A DNA stretch of 64,000 nt from Candidatus Daviesbacteria bacterium GW2011_GWA1_41_61 (GCA_000997385.1 LCBT01000002.1:6315-70314), one strand, 5' to 3'. Counted from the stretch's first letter, positions 48,202 to 57,520 are shown. The notes: a model not told the origin generated them from the letters alone. A program made the numbers and translations.

Positions 48202-49071
48202 ATGGTTAGTTTATCAGATGCCAGACAACAATTTATCGGACACCTTAAAGGTAAAAGCCGCTCTTCAGCTACTATCTTAGCCTATGGCAAAGACATTGAG
48301 CAACTAGTAGACCATTTAAAGAAAGAGGGGGTCACTGATCCTTTAGAAGTCACCACAGACCAGATGAAAGACTTTATGGCTAAGTTGGCCAAAGAAGGGT
48401 ACACTCACAAATCCATCTCCCGCAAAACCAACTCTACTAAAACCTTTTTTAAATTTTTAAAAATTTCCGGGATTATTGAATCAGACCCGGCTACCGCCTT
48501 AGAACACCCCACCTTTGAAAATAAACCACCCAGAATTCTAACTAAATTGGAGTACCGGGCCCTCCGGGATGCTGCTCGGGGTGATATCAGGATGTCAGCT
48601 ATTATCGAGTTGCTGCTGCAAACTGGGGTGAGGATTGGCGAACTTTCTAAAATCACCACTCCCGATATTAACTTAGAGGAAGAAAACCCCACCCTTTATA
48701 TCCGACCCACGGAAGGATCTGTGGAAAGAACCATTCCTTTAAACAAACCTGCTGTTGAAATTTTAAAAAAGTACCTGGAGATCAGGCCAAAAACTCAAAA
48801 TAAAACCCTTTTTATTACCAAAACCGGCAGACCATTACTAGTTAGAAACATCAGAACGGCTATTGACCGCTACTTTAAATTAGCTGGCATTAGTGGGACT
48901 AAGGTCAATGATTTAAGACATACTTGGGTGACCCATCAACTGGCCTCAGGTATCTCTTTAACTTTAGTTTCTAAGATGGCCGGACACAAAAGAGTCTCCA
49001 CTACGGAAAGATACCTTCAATATATCCCCCAAAGAACTACTGAGGACAAAGTTAAACTAGAAGAACTTTAA
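48202..49071 (+). CDS. tyrosine site-specific recombinase (XerC/XerD/phage-integrase family)
   Basis: N-terminal SAM-like core-binding domain. Catalytic R...HxxR...Y: LRHTWVTHQL...GHKRVSTTERYLQ. Confidence 0.65.
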   Translation: MVSLSDARQQFIGHLKGKSRSSATILAYGKDIEQLVDHLKKEGVTDPLEVTTDQMKDFMAKLAKEGYTHKSISRKTNSTKTFFKFLKISGIIESDPATALEHPTFENKPPRILTKLEYRALRDAARGDIRMSAIIELLLQTGVRIGELSKITTPDINLEEENPTLYIRPTEGSVERTIPLNKPAVEILKKYLEIRPKTQNKTLFITKTGRPLLVRNIRTAIDRYFKLAGISGTKVNDLRHTWVTHQLASGISLTLVSKMAGHKRVSTTERYLQYIPQRTTEDKVKLEEL

Positions 49072-49076
49072 TCTTA

Positions 49077-49334
49077 TTAAACTGAGTAAACTAAGGTTCC
49101 TTCGTCTACTGGCTGGTCAACCTTAAGACCAAAAGCATCCCCTATCTTGACTTCCTCCACGAGATGATGTTCCACCTGAAGAGACTCTATGGTTTGGGTA
49201 AATTCTTCATCTCCCTTTTTAAATTTAACCTGTTGACCAACCTTTAAATTTCCCGAGTTTAGATCAATAATCGCCACGCCAAGCTTGTTGTAATAATGAG
49301 TAACCTTACCGATAGGACTGTCCAAAATTATCAC
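49077..49334 (-). CDS. hypothetical small protein
   Basis: ORF only. Confidence 0.25.
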   Translation of the reverse strand: MIILDSPIGKVTHYYNKLGVAIIDLNSGNLKVGQQVKFKKGDEEFTQTIESLQVEHHLVEEVKIGDAFGLKVDQPVDEGTLVYSV

Positions 49335-49362
49335 CTCCTTTGATGAGGAAACCGACCTGGGT

Positions 49363-49434
49363 GGGCGGACCAGGACTCGAACCTGGAACCAAGATTGTAT
49401 AAGAATCCCGCGCTACCATTGCGCCATCCGCCCA
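49363..49434 (-). tRNA. tRNA-Ile with anticodon UAU (TAT), no encoded CCA
   Basis: GGGCGGA/TCCGCCC acceptor, GCGC/GCGC D-stem, anticodon stem GGATT/AATCT with loop CUUAUAC (U33, UAU, A37), and T-arm CCAGG-TTCGAGT-CCTGG. Confidence 0.55.
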
Positions 49435-49463
49435 GACAGCAGTATTTTAGCACAAAAGTAGGT

Positions 49464-49667
49464 TTACTTCCTTAGAAAGTTAAAAAGTATTATTAAAAGC
49501 AGGGAAATTATCAAAGAGGAAGTTAGCGGTATATAAATCCTTACACCGTCTTTTTCTATTAAAATATCCCCCGGCAATTTAGGAAACTGTGGAGTTAAGC
49601 TCAAGATAAAACCCAAAAGCAGAAAAACTAAAGATAACAGAAAAAATATTCTACTGATATTTTCCAT
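49464..49667 (-). CDS. small membrane protein, DUF2905-like
   Basis: 67 aa, two TM helices, LPGDI motif. Confidence 0.3.
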   Translation of the reverse strand: MENISRIFFLLSLVFLLLGFILSLTPQFPKLPGDILIEKDGVRIYIPLTSSLIISLLLIILFNFLRK

Positions 49668-52013
49668 TTATAGTTTAGCTCTTTGGTTAATTTCTGCTTC
49701 CACCTCTGCCACATCCCGCCCATAGGTCAGCCTGGACAACTCCTTAATCGCCTGAGCTATCTCCGGTTTCTTCATGGCATTCCATGCCTTAAAATCAATC
49801 CCCACCTTCATGGAAAAAGGTGGCACTGGCTCTCCTTTAACTTGGGTTTTGACATAAACATTCCAAGCTTCAATATTAACTAGGTCTTGCTCGCTAAATG
49901 TTGGGGCAAATTCATGTTGTAAAAAGTTAGCATCGGTTACACCGATACGGAAAGATATTTGAGTCCCCACGTTCCCAAAGATGGCATTTTTAATATCCTC
50001 CGGCATCTGGCCGATAAATTGGTTGGCTACAATAAGATTTAATTTATACTTTCTGGCCTCAGATAAAATGGTGGCAAAGGTATCGGTGGCAAAATTTTGG
50101 AACTCATCAACATAAAGGTAAAAAGGGCGCCGCTCCTGCTCCGGTATATTGACCCGGGACATCGCTGCTGCTAATATCTTTGGTACCAAGACCAACCCTA
50201 AAAAGTTAGAGTTTTCCTCCCCCATCATCCCCTTGGAAAGATTGACAATTAAGATCTTCCCCTGATCCATAATCTGGCGGAAATTAAAAGAGGATTTTCC
50301 TTGACCGATGATATTGCGCAGCATCCGGTTGGTGACAAAACGGCCGAATTTAGAAACAGTATAGTCTAAAACCTCCGATTTATGAAAATCCGCGGTATGG
50401 GCAATTTGATCTGTCCAATAGCGGCGCACCACCGGATCAGTCACATGAGGCAAAAGCTCTTTGACAAACTCCGGATCCTGCATAATGCGCATTACCTCCA
50501 CAAAAGTATTTCCGGGGACAGCCATGACCGTGAGCATAGCATTTCTGACCCCGTGTTCAAAACGGGGGCCGATAATACCGGTTTTATTGGGATCGTAGAG
50601 TTTATACATTAAACCGATAATCTCAGCAGTAATAAAGTGTTTCTCATCTTCGGTTGAGGCTTCTAACATGTTCATACCAAAAGGCCTTTGGGCATCACCG
50701 GGGTTAAAATAAATCACATCTTTGGCCCGGTGCGGCGGGATTAAAGACAGCATCTCCTCGGCCGCGTCACCGTGAGGATCAACAAAAGCCAAACCTTTGC
50801 CGGCTAAAATATCTTGCAGCATCAAAGTCTTCATTAAAGTAGTTTTACCGGTACCGGTGCGTCCAATGATATACATATGTCTTTGGCGGTCTTCTTCAGC
50901 GATATAGACCGGTCTTTCCAAGCCCCTAAAGACAGATTTACCCAAGTAAAGCCCGGAGGTAGGGATCTTTTCCGAAGCTGGAGCAGCTCTAGCCGGTAGC
51001 CAAGTAATATGGGGAGTAGTAACTGATTTATTAGGAAAGTGATAAATAGTGGCAATCTCATCAGCTGTCAAAACCGGCAGCTTAGCAAATTTCGGCAGAT
51101 AGCGGTAGATTAAATCAGTCATAAAGCCTTTCTCGCCGGGAACCTTGGCTCCGGAAAAGCCGTTGTAAGGGCCGGAGAATTGTTCAAAAACCGCCTTAAT
51201 ATTTGACAGATGAGCTTTGGAGTTGTCTTTGGAAGTTGAAGAGATCGCTGCCCTTAAAACAACATTAAACCCCGGCCGGGCTAACTTCCCTTCCACTGCC
51301 TCCAGTTGTTTGGCATCAGGGGGAGGTTTGGGCGGACTGTCCGGTTTGCCCGGCTCTTTTTCTTTCTTCAGCCATTTTTTACCGCCATCTTTCCACTTAT
51401 TATCAGCTGGAGCTATAATCATCTGCAATAGCGCTCCCTCCTCTGGTTCCATCTTGGCCAAAGCTGCAGTTAAAGAAGAAAGTGGATCAGTGGGTAAATC
51501 ACGATAGGTTTTAAGCGGAAAATAGTTAGCAGCCCGCAGGATATATTGAGTATAAGCTGTTTGACCATCGTCGGTAAAAATATTATATTCCGGAACTTCT
51601 TTAATGGCGGCATCAGGGTAAGCGCCATGAATCTGCTTTTCGATTAGATCCCGCAACGATTTATGAACACAGATCAAGAAGCGGATTGACTCATGTAAAG
51701 CCACAATCTCAAAAGCAATCTGGGCTTGAGGTTGATGATTTAAAAAGCCAGTACTTTTTTTTATAGAGTAAAGGGCGGAGAAAAACTGCTCCATAGCATC
51801 AATTTTAATTTCGTTGTCCCGCGGTACCTCCACCTGTAAGATGACCGACTCTAAGGAGTATTTCTCCCGATCCCGGCTGCGGTACCAACCAACAATAAAG
51901 GGAACCAAAAAAGCCAGTCCTAAAATCACTACCGCCAAGACCACTAAGAGGATTATTCCTCCCGTGAGCAAATCTAATAAATCTGGTTGTGCAGCCTGAA
52001 CGCCAACTTCCAT
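49668..52013 (-). CDS. VirD4/TraD-like type IV coupling protein family ATPase (FtsK/HerA superfamily P-loop NTPase) with N-terminal TM anchor
   Basis: TM helix; Walker A IIGRTGTGKTT; Walker B LYVDEFQNF; LIVANQ...NVGTQISFR. Confidence 0.45.
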   Translation of the reverse strand: MEVGVQAAQPDLLDLLTGGIILLVVLAVVILGLAFLVPFIVGWYRSRDREKYSLESVILQVEVPRDNEIKIDAMEQFFSALYSIKKSTGFLNHQPQAQIAFEIVALHESIRFLICVHKSLRDLIEKQIHGAYPDAAIKEVPEYNIFTDDGQTAYTQYILRAANYFPLKTYRDLPTDPLSSLTAALAKMEPEEGALLQMIIAPADNKWKDGGKKWLKKEKEPGKPDSPPKPPPDAKQLEAVEGKLARPGFNVVLRAAISSTSKDNSKAHLSNIKAVFEQFSGPYNGFSGAKVPGEKGFMTDLIYRYLPKFAKLPVLTADEIATIYHFPNKSVTTPHITWLPARAAPASEKIPTSGLYLGKSVFRGLERPVYIAEEDRQRHMYIIGRTGTGKTTLMKTLMLQDILAGKGLAFVDPHGDAAEEMLSLIPPHRAKDVIYFNPGDAQRPFGMNMLEASTEDEKHFITAEIIGLMYKLYDPNKTGIIGPRFEHGVRNAMLTVMAVPGNTFVEVMRIMQDPEFVKELLPHVTDPVVRRYWTDQIAHTADFHKSEVLDYTVSKFGRFVTNRMLRNIIGQGKSSFNFRQIMDQGKILIVNLSKGMMGEENSNFLGLVLVPKILAAAMSRVNIPEQERRPFYLYVDEFQNFATDTFATILSEARKYKLNLIVANQFIGQMPEDIKNAIFGNVGTQISFRIGVTDANFLQHEFAPTFSEQDLVNIEAWNVYVKTQVKGEPVPPFSMKVGIDFKAWNAMKKPEIAQAIKELSRLTYGRDVAEVEAEINQRAKL

Positions 52014-52015
52014 AA

Positions 52016-52348
52016 CTAGCTTTTTTCTACTACCTCACCCTCCGGATGTTTTTTCCTTAACCTGGCCAAAAAAGTCCCCAAAAAATGCTTGGAGCTTTCC
52101 GTCCGGGGTTTACCTTCAACTCCTGATTTCAAATCTCTCAGATCTATTTTAGGTTGGGGGTTTTTCATCAGCTGTTTTAGCTCCTCTGAGGCCACATCTT
52201 GATCTTGAGAAGGCATCACTTGGTCTGAAGTCACCGGCCCTCCTGTTAAAGCAGTCAAGGTTTGGGCAATATTTTGCTGTAATGTTTGGGTATGCTCATC
52301 AGCATCCTTCCCCGGTTGTAAAACAGACTGACTTTGGACAGTAGACAT
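52016..52348 (-). CDS. hypothetical protein
   Basis: ORF only, co-directional with the ATPase. Confidence 0.25.
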   Translation of the reverse strand: MSTVQSQSVLQPGKDADEHTQTLQQNIAQTLTALTGGPVTSDQVMPSQDQDVASEELKQLMKNPQPKIDLRDLKSGVEGKPRTESSKHFLGTFLARLRKKHPEGEVVEKS

Positions 52349-52469
52349 ATTATCTGTATTATACCCAAAAAGAAAGTAAGAGGATAGCAGTTTGGTAAGG
52401 TACGGTTTAAAGTATAACAGTGAAGAAGTTCGTTACGTTAAACGTATCGGACATCGTTACTTCTATTTC

Positions 52470-53420
52470 TTATTTAACTTTTTCCAAATATCCTTCAGCA
52501 TCTAAAGCAGCTTTGGCACCGGAACCGGCGGCAGTAATTCCCTGGCGGTAATGAAAATCAGCCACATCTCCAGCAGCAAACACCCCTTCCACCGAAGTAT
52601 GTGTCCCATTTTTTAAGAGGTTGTGTACATCATCTTTAATAACAATATAACCTCTCTCATCAAGCTCAACTTCTCCTTCTAAAAATTTGGTGTTGGGGTT
52701 ATGGCCAATGGCGACAAAAACACCGTCAGTCAACAAATCTTGTACCTTCCCTGTTTGTAGATTCTTGACTTTTACTCCTGTTACTTTTTCTTCTCCTAAA
52801 ATCTCCTCTACTGTACTACTGAAAATAAAAGAAACATTATTTTTAGCTTTAACCAACTCCTGCAATGCCTCCTGTGCTTTGAGGGTTTCCCGACGGTGGA
52901 TGATAGTCACAGAAGAAGCATATTTTGAGAGGTGTTGGGCCTCACGCATCGCTGCATCCCCTCCGCCAACTATAACCACCTCTTTACCTTTAAAAAAGGG
53001 TCCATCACAAACTGCACAAGCAGACACCCCGCGCCCAATTAAACGGTACTCAGATTTTAGTCCTAACCATTTGGCTGAAGCACCAGTGGCAACAATGACT
53101 GCTTTAGAATACAGTGTTTGTGTCCCTGTTCTTACTTCAAAAGGTTGCTTTTGAAAATTCACAGCGGTCACATCTTCATCTATAAAACGTGTCTCAAACC
53201 GGCTTGCTTGAGCACGCATCTTCGACATTAAATCTGACCCTTGGATTCCTTCAGGAAATCCTGGAAAATCATCAACATCGGTGGTGAGCATCAACTGCCC
53301 GCCGGGAGCACTTCCAGAAATCACCACAGGGTTCAACCCCCCGCGAGCAGCATAGATAGCTGCCGTGAGTCCTGCTGGCCCGGAACCAATAATGACAAGT
53401 TTCAACTGTTCTTCGCTCAT
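52470..53420 (-). CDS. trxB: thioredoxin-disulfide reductase
   Basis: VIIGSGPAGLTAAIYAAR FAD motif, CAVCDG redox-active site, and GGGDAAMREA NADPH motif. Confidence 0.75.
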   Translation of the reverse strand: MSEEQLKLVIIGSGPAGLTAAIYAARGGLNPVVISGSAPGGQLMLTTDVDDFPGFPEGIQGSDLMSKMRAQASRFETRFIDEDVTAVNFQKQPFEVRTGTQTLYSKAVIVATGASAKWLGLKSEYRLIGRGVSACAVCDGPFFKGKEVVIVGGGDAAMREAQHLSKYASSVTIIHRRETLKAQEALQELVKAKNNVSFIFSSTVEEILGEEKVTGVKVKNLQTGKVQDLLTDGVFVAIGHNPNTKFLEGEVELDERGYIVIKDDVHNLLKNGTHTSVEGVFAAGDVADFHYRQGITAAGSGAKAALDAEGYLEKVK

Positions 53421-53432
53421 ATTTACCCTTCC

Positions 53433-53702
53433 CTAAGGGATAATCCTTCCTGAACCAGTAGTTTGAGGCTCAGTCGGAGTAGGACTCCTTTTGGCTTTGG
53501 GACTAATAGTTGCTGAAGGACTGACGGAAGGACTGGCCTCCACTGTTGGTGTTGGGGTGAAGGTAGGGGTGAGGACTGTGGGGATAGGTGTGGGCGTGGG
53601 GACAACAGTAGTGGCTTGAAACCTTCCCCTCAGCCAAACCAAATATCCGGCGATTAAGATAACGGTCAAAATAATAATTAAAATGGTAACATTACGATGC
53701 AT
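53433..53702 (-). CDS. hypothetical membrane-anchored Pro/Thr-rich protein
   Basis: TM helix followed by a PT-rich linker; low-complexity. Confidence 0.2.
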   Translation of the reverse strand: MHRNVTILIIILTVILIAGYLVWLRGRFQATTVVPTPTPIPTVLTPTFTPTPTVEASPSVSPSATISPKAKRSPTPTEPQTTGSGRIIP

Positions 53703-53838
53703 TTTGGATTTTGAACTTTCACCTCCCTTGGGGCAGAAAGCTACCGTATTTTAACAGAAGGAAAAATTATCCCACAAGAGCTCAAACTAGATCAAATTCG
53801 ACAACACACCGGTATGCTAGAAAGCCTTATTTACCCAG

Positions 53839-54825
53839 CTAAATCCCCTGGTTGTTTATAACATCATACAGGGAAGCTAAATCTAAATATTGCTGCCTGT
53901 TTACTAAAGCAGGAGCTTTACTATCTGTCCTACTGAACAGTTGGCCTAAAGTCTGGACACTTCCCCCTCCTAAGATAGACTGAAGTGAGAAAGATAGGTT
54001 ATATGATTTAGCTAAATTTTTCCGTCCTGATTTAACATTTAACTGGGTGACTAAATATTGAGCTGAAAATTTATTTTTAGCGCATCGCAGTTGATCACCG
54101 CTTTTTTTGCTGTTGTTACAATTTTTGGTGGCATCATCAATAATTTGCACCATTTTAGTGGTCGTCAAAGGAGCAAAGGGGGTAAACCAGGAGGTATCAT
54201 CTATTGCCTCAAGCCAGGAGTTAATATCACTTTGGAGATAAATTTGATGTTTGTTCCAGTTGCGCCAAAAACCTATTGTCCCTTCATATTCAGTGACAGT
54301 GCCAAAACTTAAATCAAAGATCACAGTTTTTCCTTGGAACTCGTTACCAGCAGAGATGGGGAAGGTTACCTCAAAGTTGTAGGTTTTAGTACTTGCGGGA
54401 TTAATGGTTCCCAAAACTACCCCATCAAAACCGGCACTATCACCAAAAAAGTCAGTCACGCTTTTGGATCCAGTGGGGCTACCATCTCCATAAACTGGAA
54501 CCAAGCCCTCTTTAATGATGATCCCCAGGATTGTTTCTATCTTCAGGTCAGCTCCTACCCCACCTTTTTTGATGGCCTTAACTGCCACTAAATAGCTTTG
54601 GCTACCGCCATTTTGGACATCAACACTTCTGTTCTCCACTCCTCCTGGTGCCCAGTTGTTGACTACAAAGATGGGCTCACTAGGAGGAAGATGAAAATCA
54701 ACCAGCAACTCTCCAAAGGCTCGAACGGTGGAGCTTCTAAAAAGGTTTTTAAAACCACCATTTGCCACAAAAATACTCACCATAATTAGTAGGGCGATAA
54801 TAATTGTTAATAATCTTTTCTTCAT
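53839..54825 (-). CDS. TasA/camelysin (peptidase M73)-like secreted protein with extra C-terminal domain
   Basis: SipW-cognate-type signal peptide. A motif NEFQGKTVIFDLSFG resembles the TasA C-terminal beta-strand signature. Confidence 0.4.
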   Translation of the reverse strand: MKKRLLTIIIALLIMVSIFVANGGFKNLFRSSTVRAFGELLVDFHLPPSEPIFVVNNWAPGGVENRSVDVQNGGSQSYLVAVKAIKKGGVGADLKIETILGIIIKEGLVPVYGDGSPTGSKSVTDFFGDSAGFDGVVLGTINPASTKTYNFEVTFPISAGNEFQGKTVIFDLSFGTVTEYEGTIGFWRNWNKHQIYLQSDINSWLEAIDDTSWFTPFAPLTTTKMVQIIDDATKNCNNSKKSGDQLRCAKNKFSAQYLVTQLNVKSGRKNLAKSYNLSFSLQSILGGGSVQTLGQLFSRTDSKAPALVNRQQYLDLASLYDVINNQGI

Positions 54826-54828
54826 CTT

Positions 54829-56367
54829 TTAACAGCTGCCATTATTACTTATCCCCTTGGTTGGAGCAGTACAAGTTGTCCAAAGATTGGCAGCATCATC
54901 TTGTCGGCCGATCACTTGGTCAGAAGTATCTGTTCCAATATAAGCGTGAGAATCAATAACTTTTCCATCAGGATTTTTTAAGAAGACGGTCTCTGAACCA
55001 CTGTTGTTTAACATCGGAGAGGTAATATCAAGGACTTTAAAGGTGCCGTTACCAATAGTGCCTAAGGAGGTTAAGCTTTTAGTGTTATTGGCAGCATCAA
55101 CGATGGTCCAGCCGTTCAAATTGATCGGGTCACCGCCTGCATTATAAACTTCTACCCATTCATCATTTAAAGGGGAGCTTAATTTATAGACAAACTCATT
55201 TAAGACTAAATTTGTACCATACCCGGAAGTTGGAGTTTCCCGGACAATAAAGTCGGTCGGTTCAAAGTTGGAACCAAGGGCCGAATCTTTACCAACTGGA
55301 ACTCTTTCTATTGACTGATTTAGAACGGGGGTCAGTCCAGTGGTACCTGCCCAGTGCACAGTATCAATGACATTATTTTGAGCATCTAACAGCTGAAGGA
55401 ACCCTACATCAATATTCAGTTGTCCTCCTAAATTGGCCACGGTTGATCCGTGATCATGATAGCACTTATTATTACCAAAAATTGAGGTGTCATGTGCCAG
55501 CAGTACAAATTTACCAGCTTCAGCAGTGATGTTGGTAGCTGTAACCAAGTCAATAATATTGGTCCCATCGGTAATCTTAAAGTTTTTTAAGTTAACATCA
55601 GTGGGAAAGCCATTATAAACCTCTATCCATTGAGCTTCTTTTTGCCCTTGGAAACAGCTGCTATCAGGTAACACTTCATTGATTACTAAAGTTTGGGCAA
55701 TGGGAGGAGCAAATTGGCCAGCAGCGAAAGTATTATTTAGACTTTGGCCACTGTCAGAAAAAAAGGCCCAGGTCTGGCTAGTTTGAAAAAAAGTTACACT
55801 TAAAAAGGCCAATATTACTGGAAAGCTAACTTTGGGCATCGCTGGTAAAGGATCTTTTTTACTTTCCCTCCAGATAGTTAAAGTTTCTGCTACCAGGACA
55901 TAAAGAGTTGGTAAAATCACTAAAAGCAACAACCCTAATTTAGTTTTGGCAAAGCCAATAATAAAGCCTAAAAAAGGCAGGCTGAAGATAACCTTGCCCA
56001 CGATATTTTTTTCACTAACCCCTTTTCCATCAGCACTATTGTTAGCATCCCCCTTGGTCTGATAAACAAAAGAGGAATTAGGTTGTTGAATTTGAATAAT
56101 CCGGTGGGTGACAAAGTTAGTACTACCAGCTATTTTATAGCTGACAATATCTCCCCGGGAAAATTTAGGACTGTTGGGAGAAGAACTTTGAGGGGAAACT
56201 AGCACTACTGAACCAGTCTTAATAGCTGGCTCCATCGAACCTGATAAAACCACTAGTAATTTATTTCTCCCAAAAAGAGGAAGTGTTGAGAAAACTAAAA
56301 GGAAAACTACCGCCAAAAAGGCGACCACAAGAGCTGTCTTAAAGATTATTAGAGTTTTCCCAAGCAC
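54829..56367 (-). CDS. sipW: SipW-type (ER/archaeal-type) signal peptidase I fused to two lamin-tail domains (LTD)
   Basis: VVLSGSMEPAIKTGSVVLV catalytic Ser motif. Two LTD signatures: TLVINEVLPD...EAQWIEVYN and LVLNEFVYK...DEWVEVYN. Confidence 0.55.
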   Translation of the reverse strand: MLGKTLIIFKTALVVAFLAVVFLLVFSTLPLFGRNKLLVVLSGSMEPAIKTGSVVLVSPQSSSPNSPKFSRGDIVSYKIAGSTNFVTHRIIQIQQPNSSFVYQTKGDANNSADGKGVSEKNIVGKVIFSLPFLGFIIGFAKTKLGLLLLVILPTLYVLVAETLTIWRESKKDPLPAMPKVSFPVILAFLSVTFFQTSQTWAFFSDSGQSLNNTFAAGQFAPPIAQTLVINEVLPDSSCFQGQKEAQWIEVYNGFPTDVNLKNFKITDGTNIIDLVTATNITAEAGKFVLLAHDTSIFGNNKCYHDHGSTVANLGGQLNIDVGFLQLLDAQNNVIDTVHWAGTTGLTPVLNQSIERVPVGKDSALGSNFEPTDFIVRETPTSGYGTNLVLNEFVYKLSSPLNDEWVEVYNAGGDPINLNGWTIVDAANNTKSLTSLGTIGNGTFKVLDITSPMLNNSGSETVFLKNPDGKVIDSHAYIGTDTSDQVIGRQDDAANLWTTCTAPTKGISNNGSC

Positions 56368-56400
56368 CTCAACACCTCCTTTCTAAACCACTGGCCTCCA

Positions 56401-56985
56401 CTACTGCGAAGCGTCTTGGTTTAAGGTAACTGTCCAATCGCTATCCACACTATCACCTTGATACTCATTCCCGGCATCAGACCTGAAGGTAACAGTCAGA
56501 TCTAAGTTGTGATTAGTATTAAGGTCGGTCAAGGCTAAATTATCCAAACCTGAAGATTTAAGATCATCAAGGTCTGTCCAACCGTTGCCATTGTTGTTTA
56601 TCACTTGAGACAAAACACTAACCCCGCCATAGTCCAAAGTTGTAAGCTCCAGGACCTTGTCTAAGGGGTTGGTGATATCAGAGTTGGTATTAACCAAAGC
56701 TACTTCGGCGTGACTGGCCGCTATTGACCCTGTATTTTTAAGTCTTAACTGTCCGGAAACAGAAGCACCCGGGGCAAGATTAGTCCCCCCAAAGCTGGCG
56801 GTAACATTATCCTGATCAGTCTCTGGAGTATTATCAGAAAGTTTTAAATCCAAAGTACCGGCAGCAAAAACATTATCATTACTGGTTCCCTGATTGCTAA
56901 AGTAAGCAAAAGTGGCAACTGAAATGATGGCCAAAGAAGCCAAAATACTGGCTGAGGAGAGAACTATTTTTGTATTGATTACCAT
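56401..56985 (-). CDS. TasA/camelysin family protein
   Basis: AYFSNQGTSNDNVFAAGTLDLKLSD matches the TasA N-terminus (AAFND...TFASGTLDL). C-terminal NEYQGDSVDSDWTVTL. Confidence 0.55.
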   Translation of the reverse strand: MVINTKIVLSSASILASLAIISVATFAYFSNQGTSNDNVFAAGTLDLKLSDNTPETDQDNVTASFGGTNLAPGASVSGQLRLKNTGSIAASHAEVALVNTNSDITNPLDKVLELTTLDYGGVSVLSQVINNNGNGWTDLDDLKSSGLDNLALTDLNTNHNLDLTVTFRSDAGNEYQGDSVDSDWTVTLNQDASQ

Positions 56986-57118
56986 TTTCTCACCCCCTTT
57001 TAGTGAAAACTCACTTGATCTTTTGTAGAGGAATTACAGGATAAATTCAAGTAGGACTAAATGAATACCACTAGATCAGTTTTTACTTTTGGCTGAAAAA
57101 ATAGGTTATTACCATTCT

Positions 57119-57412
57119 TTAATCGTGTTTGACAAATGCTTGATCAAAAGTTGGATCGTTTTGTCTTAAATATTCAATAAGCATGGCAGCATGCTCTTTT
57201 TCCTCATCACGGTTATGAGCTAAAACCTTTTTAAGGGGCTCATCCTCACTGGCCTGAATCCTCTCTTCATAAACATTGATGGCATCAAGTTCCTCGATTA
57301 AAGATTGTCTGGCCCGGGCTAAATTTTTAGCTTGCTCATCTTCTTTTTGGGCATCAAAACCCAAGTTATATGTCATATATATCACCTCCTGGTAGATTGA
57401 ATGATAGCACAC
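57119..57412 (-). CDS. small ferritin-like diiron-motif protein (EncFtn-like); likely starts at internal Met (MTYNLGF)
   Basis: E...EExxH pattern (YEERIQ...DEEKEHAAML) in an ~85-aa helical protein. Confidence 0.3.
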   Translation of the reverse strand: MCYHSIYQEVIYMTYNLGFDAQKEDEQAKNLARARQSLIEELDAINVYEERIQASEDEPLKKVLAHNRDEEKEHAAMLIEYLRQNDPTFDQAFVKHD

Positions 57413-57520
57413 TTAGTAGTAGTATTGGAGTCTGAGGATGTATATATCATTACCAGGCACAAGTATACTTTCATCGTCCTATCTTGTGGTTGTCTACTTT
57501 TTCTACTATGATACTTTTAA

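Noticed and set aside
48202-52348. Intact prophage or ICE
   Set aside because: Only a recombinase and one coupling-type ATPase are present. There are no capsid, terminase, relaxase or VirB genes. It is treated as a possible remnant only.
57119-57412. Encapsulin nanocompartment system
   Set aside because: Only the small ferritin-like gene is present. There is no HK97-fold shell gene adjacent.
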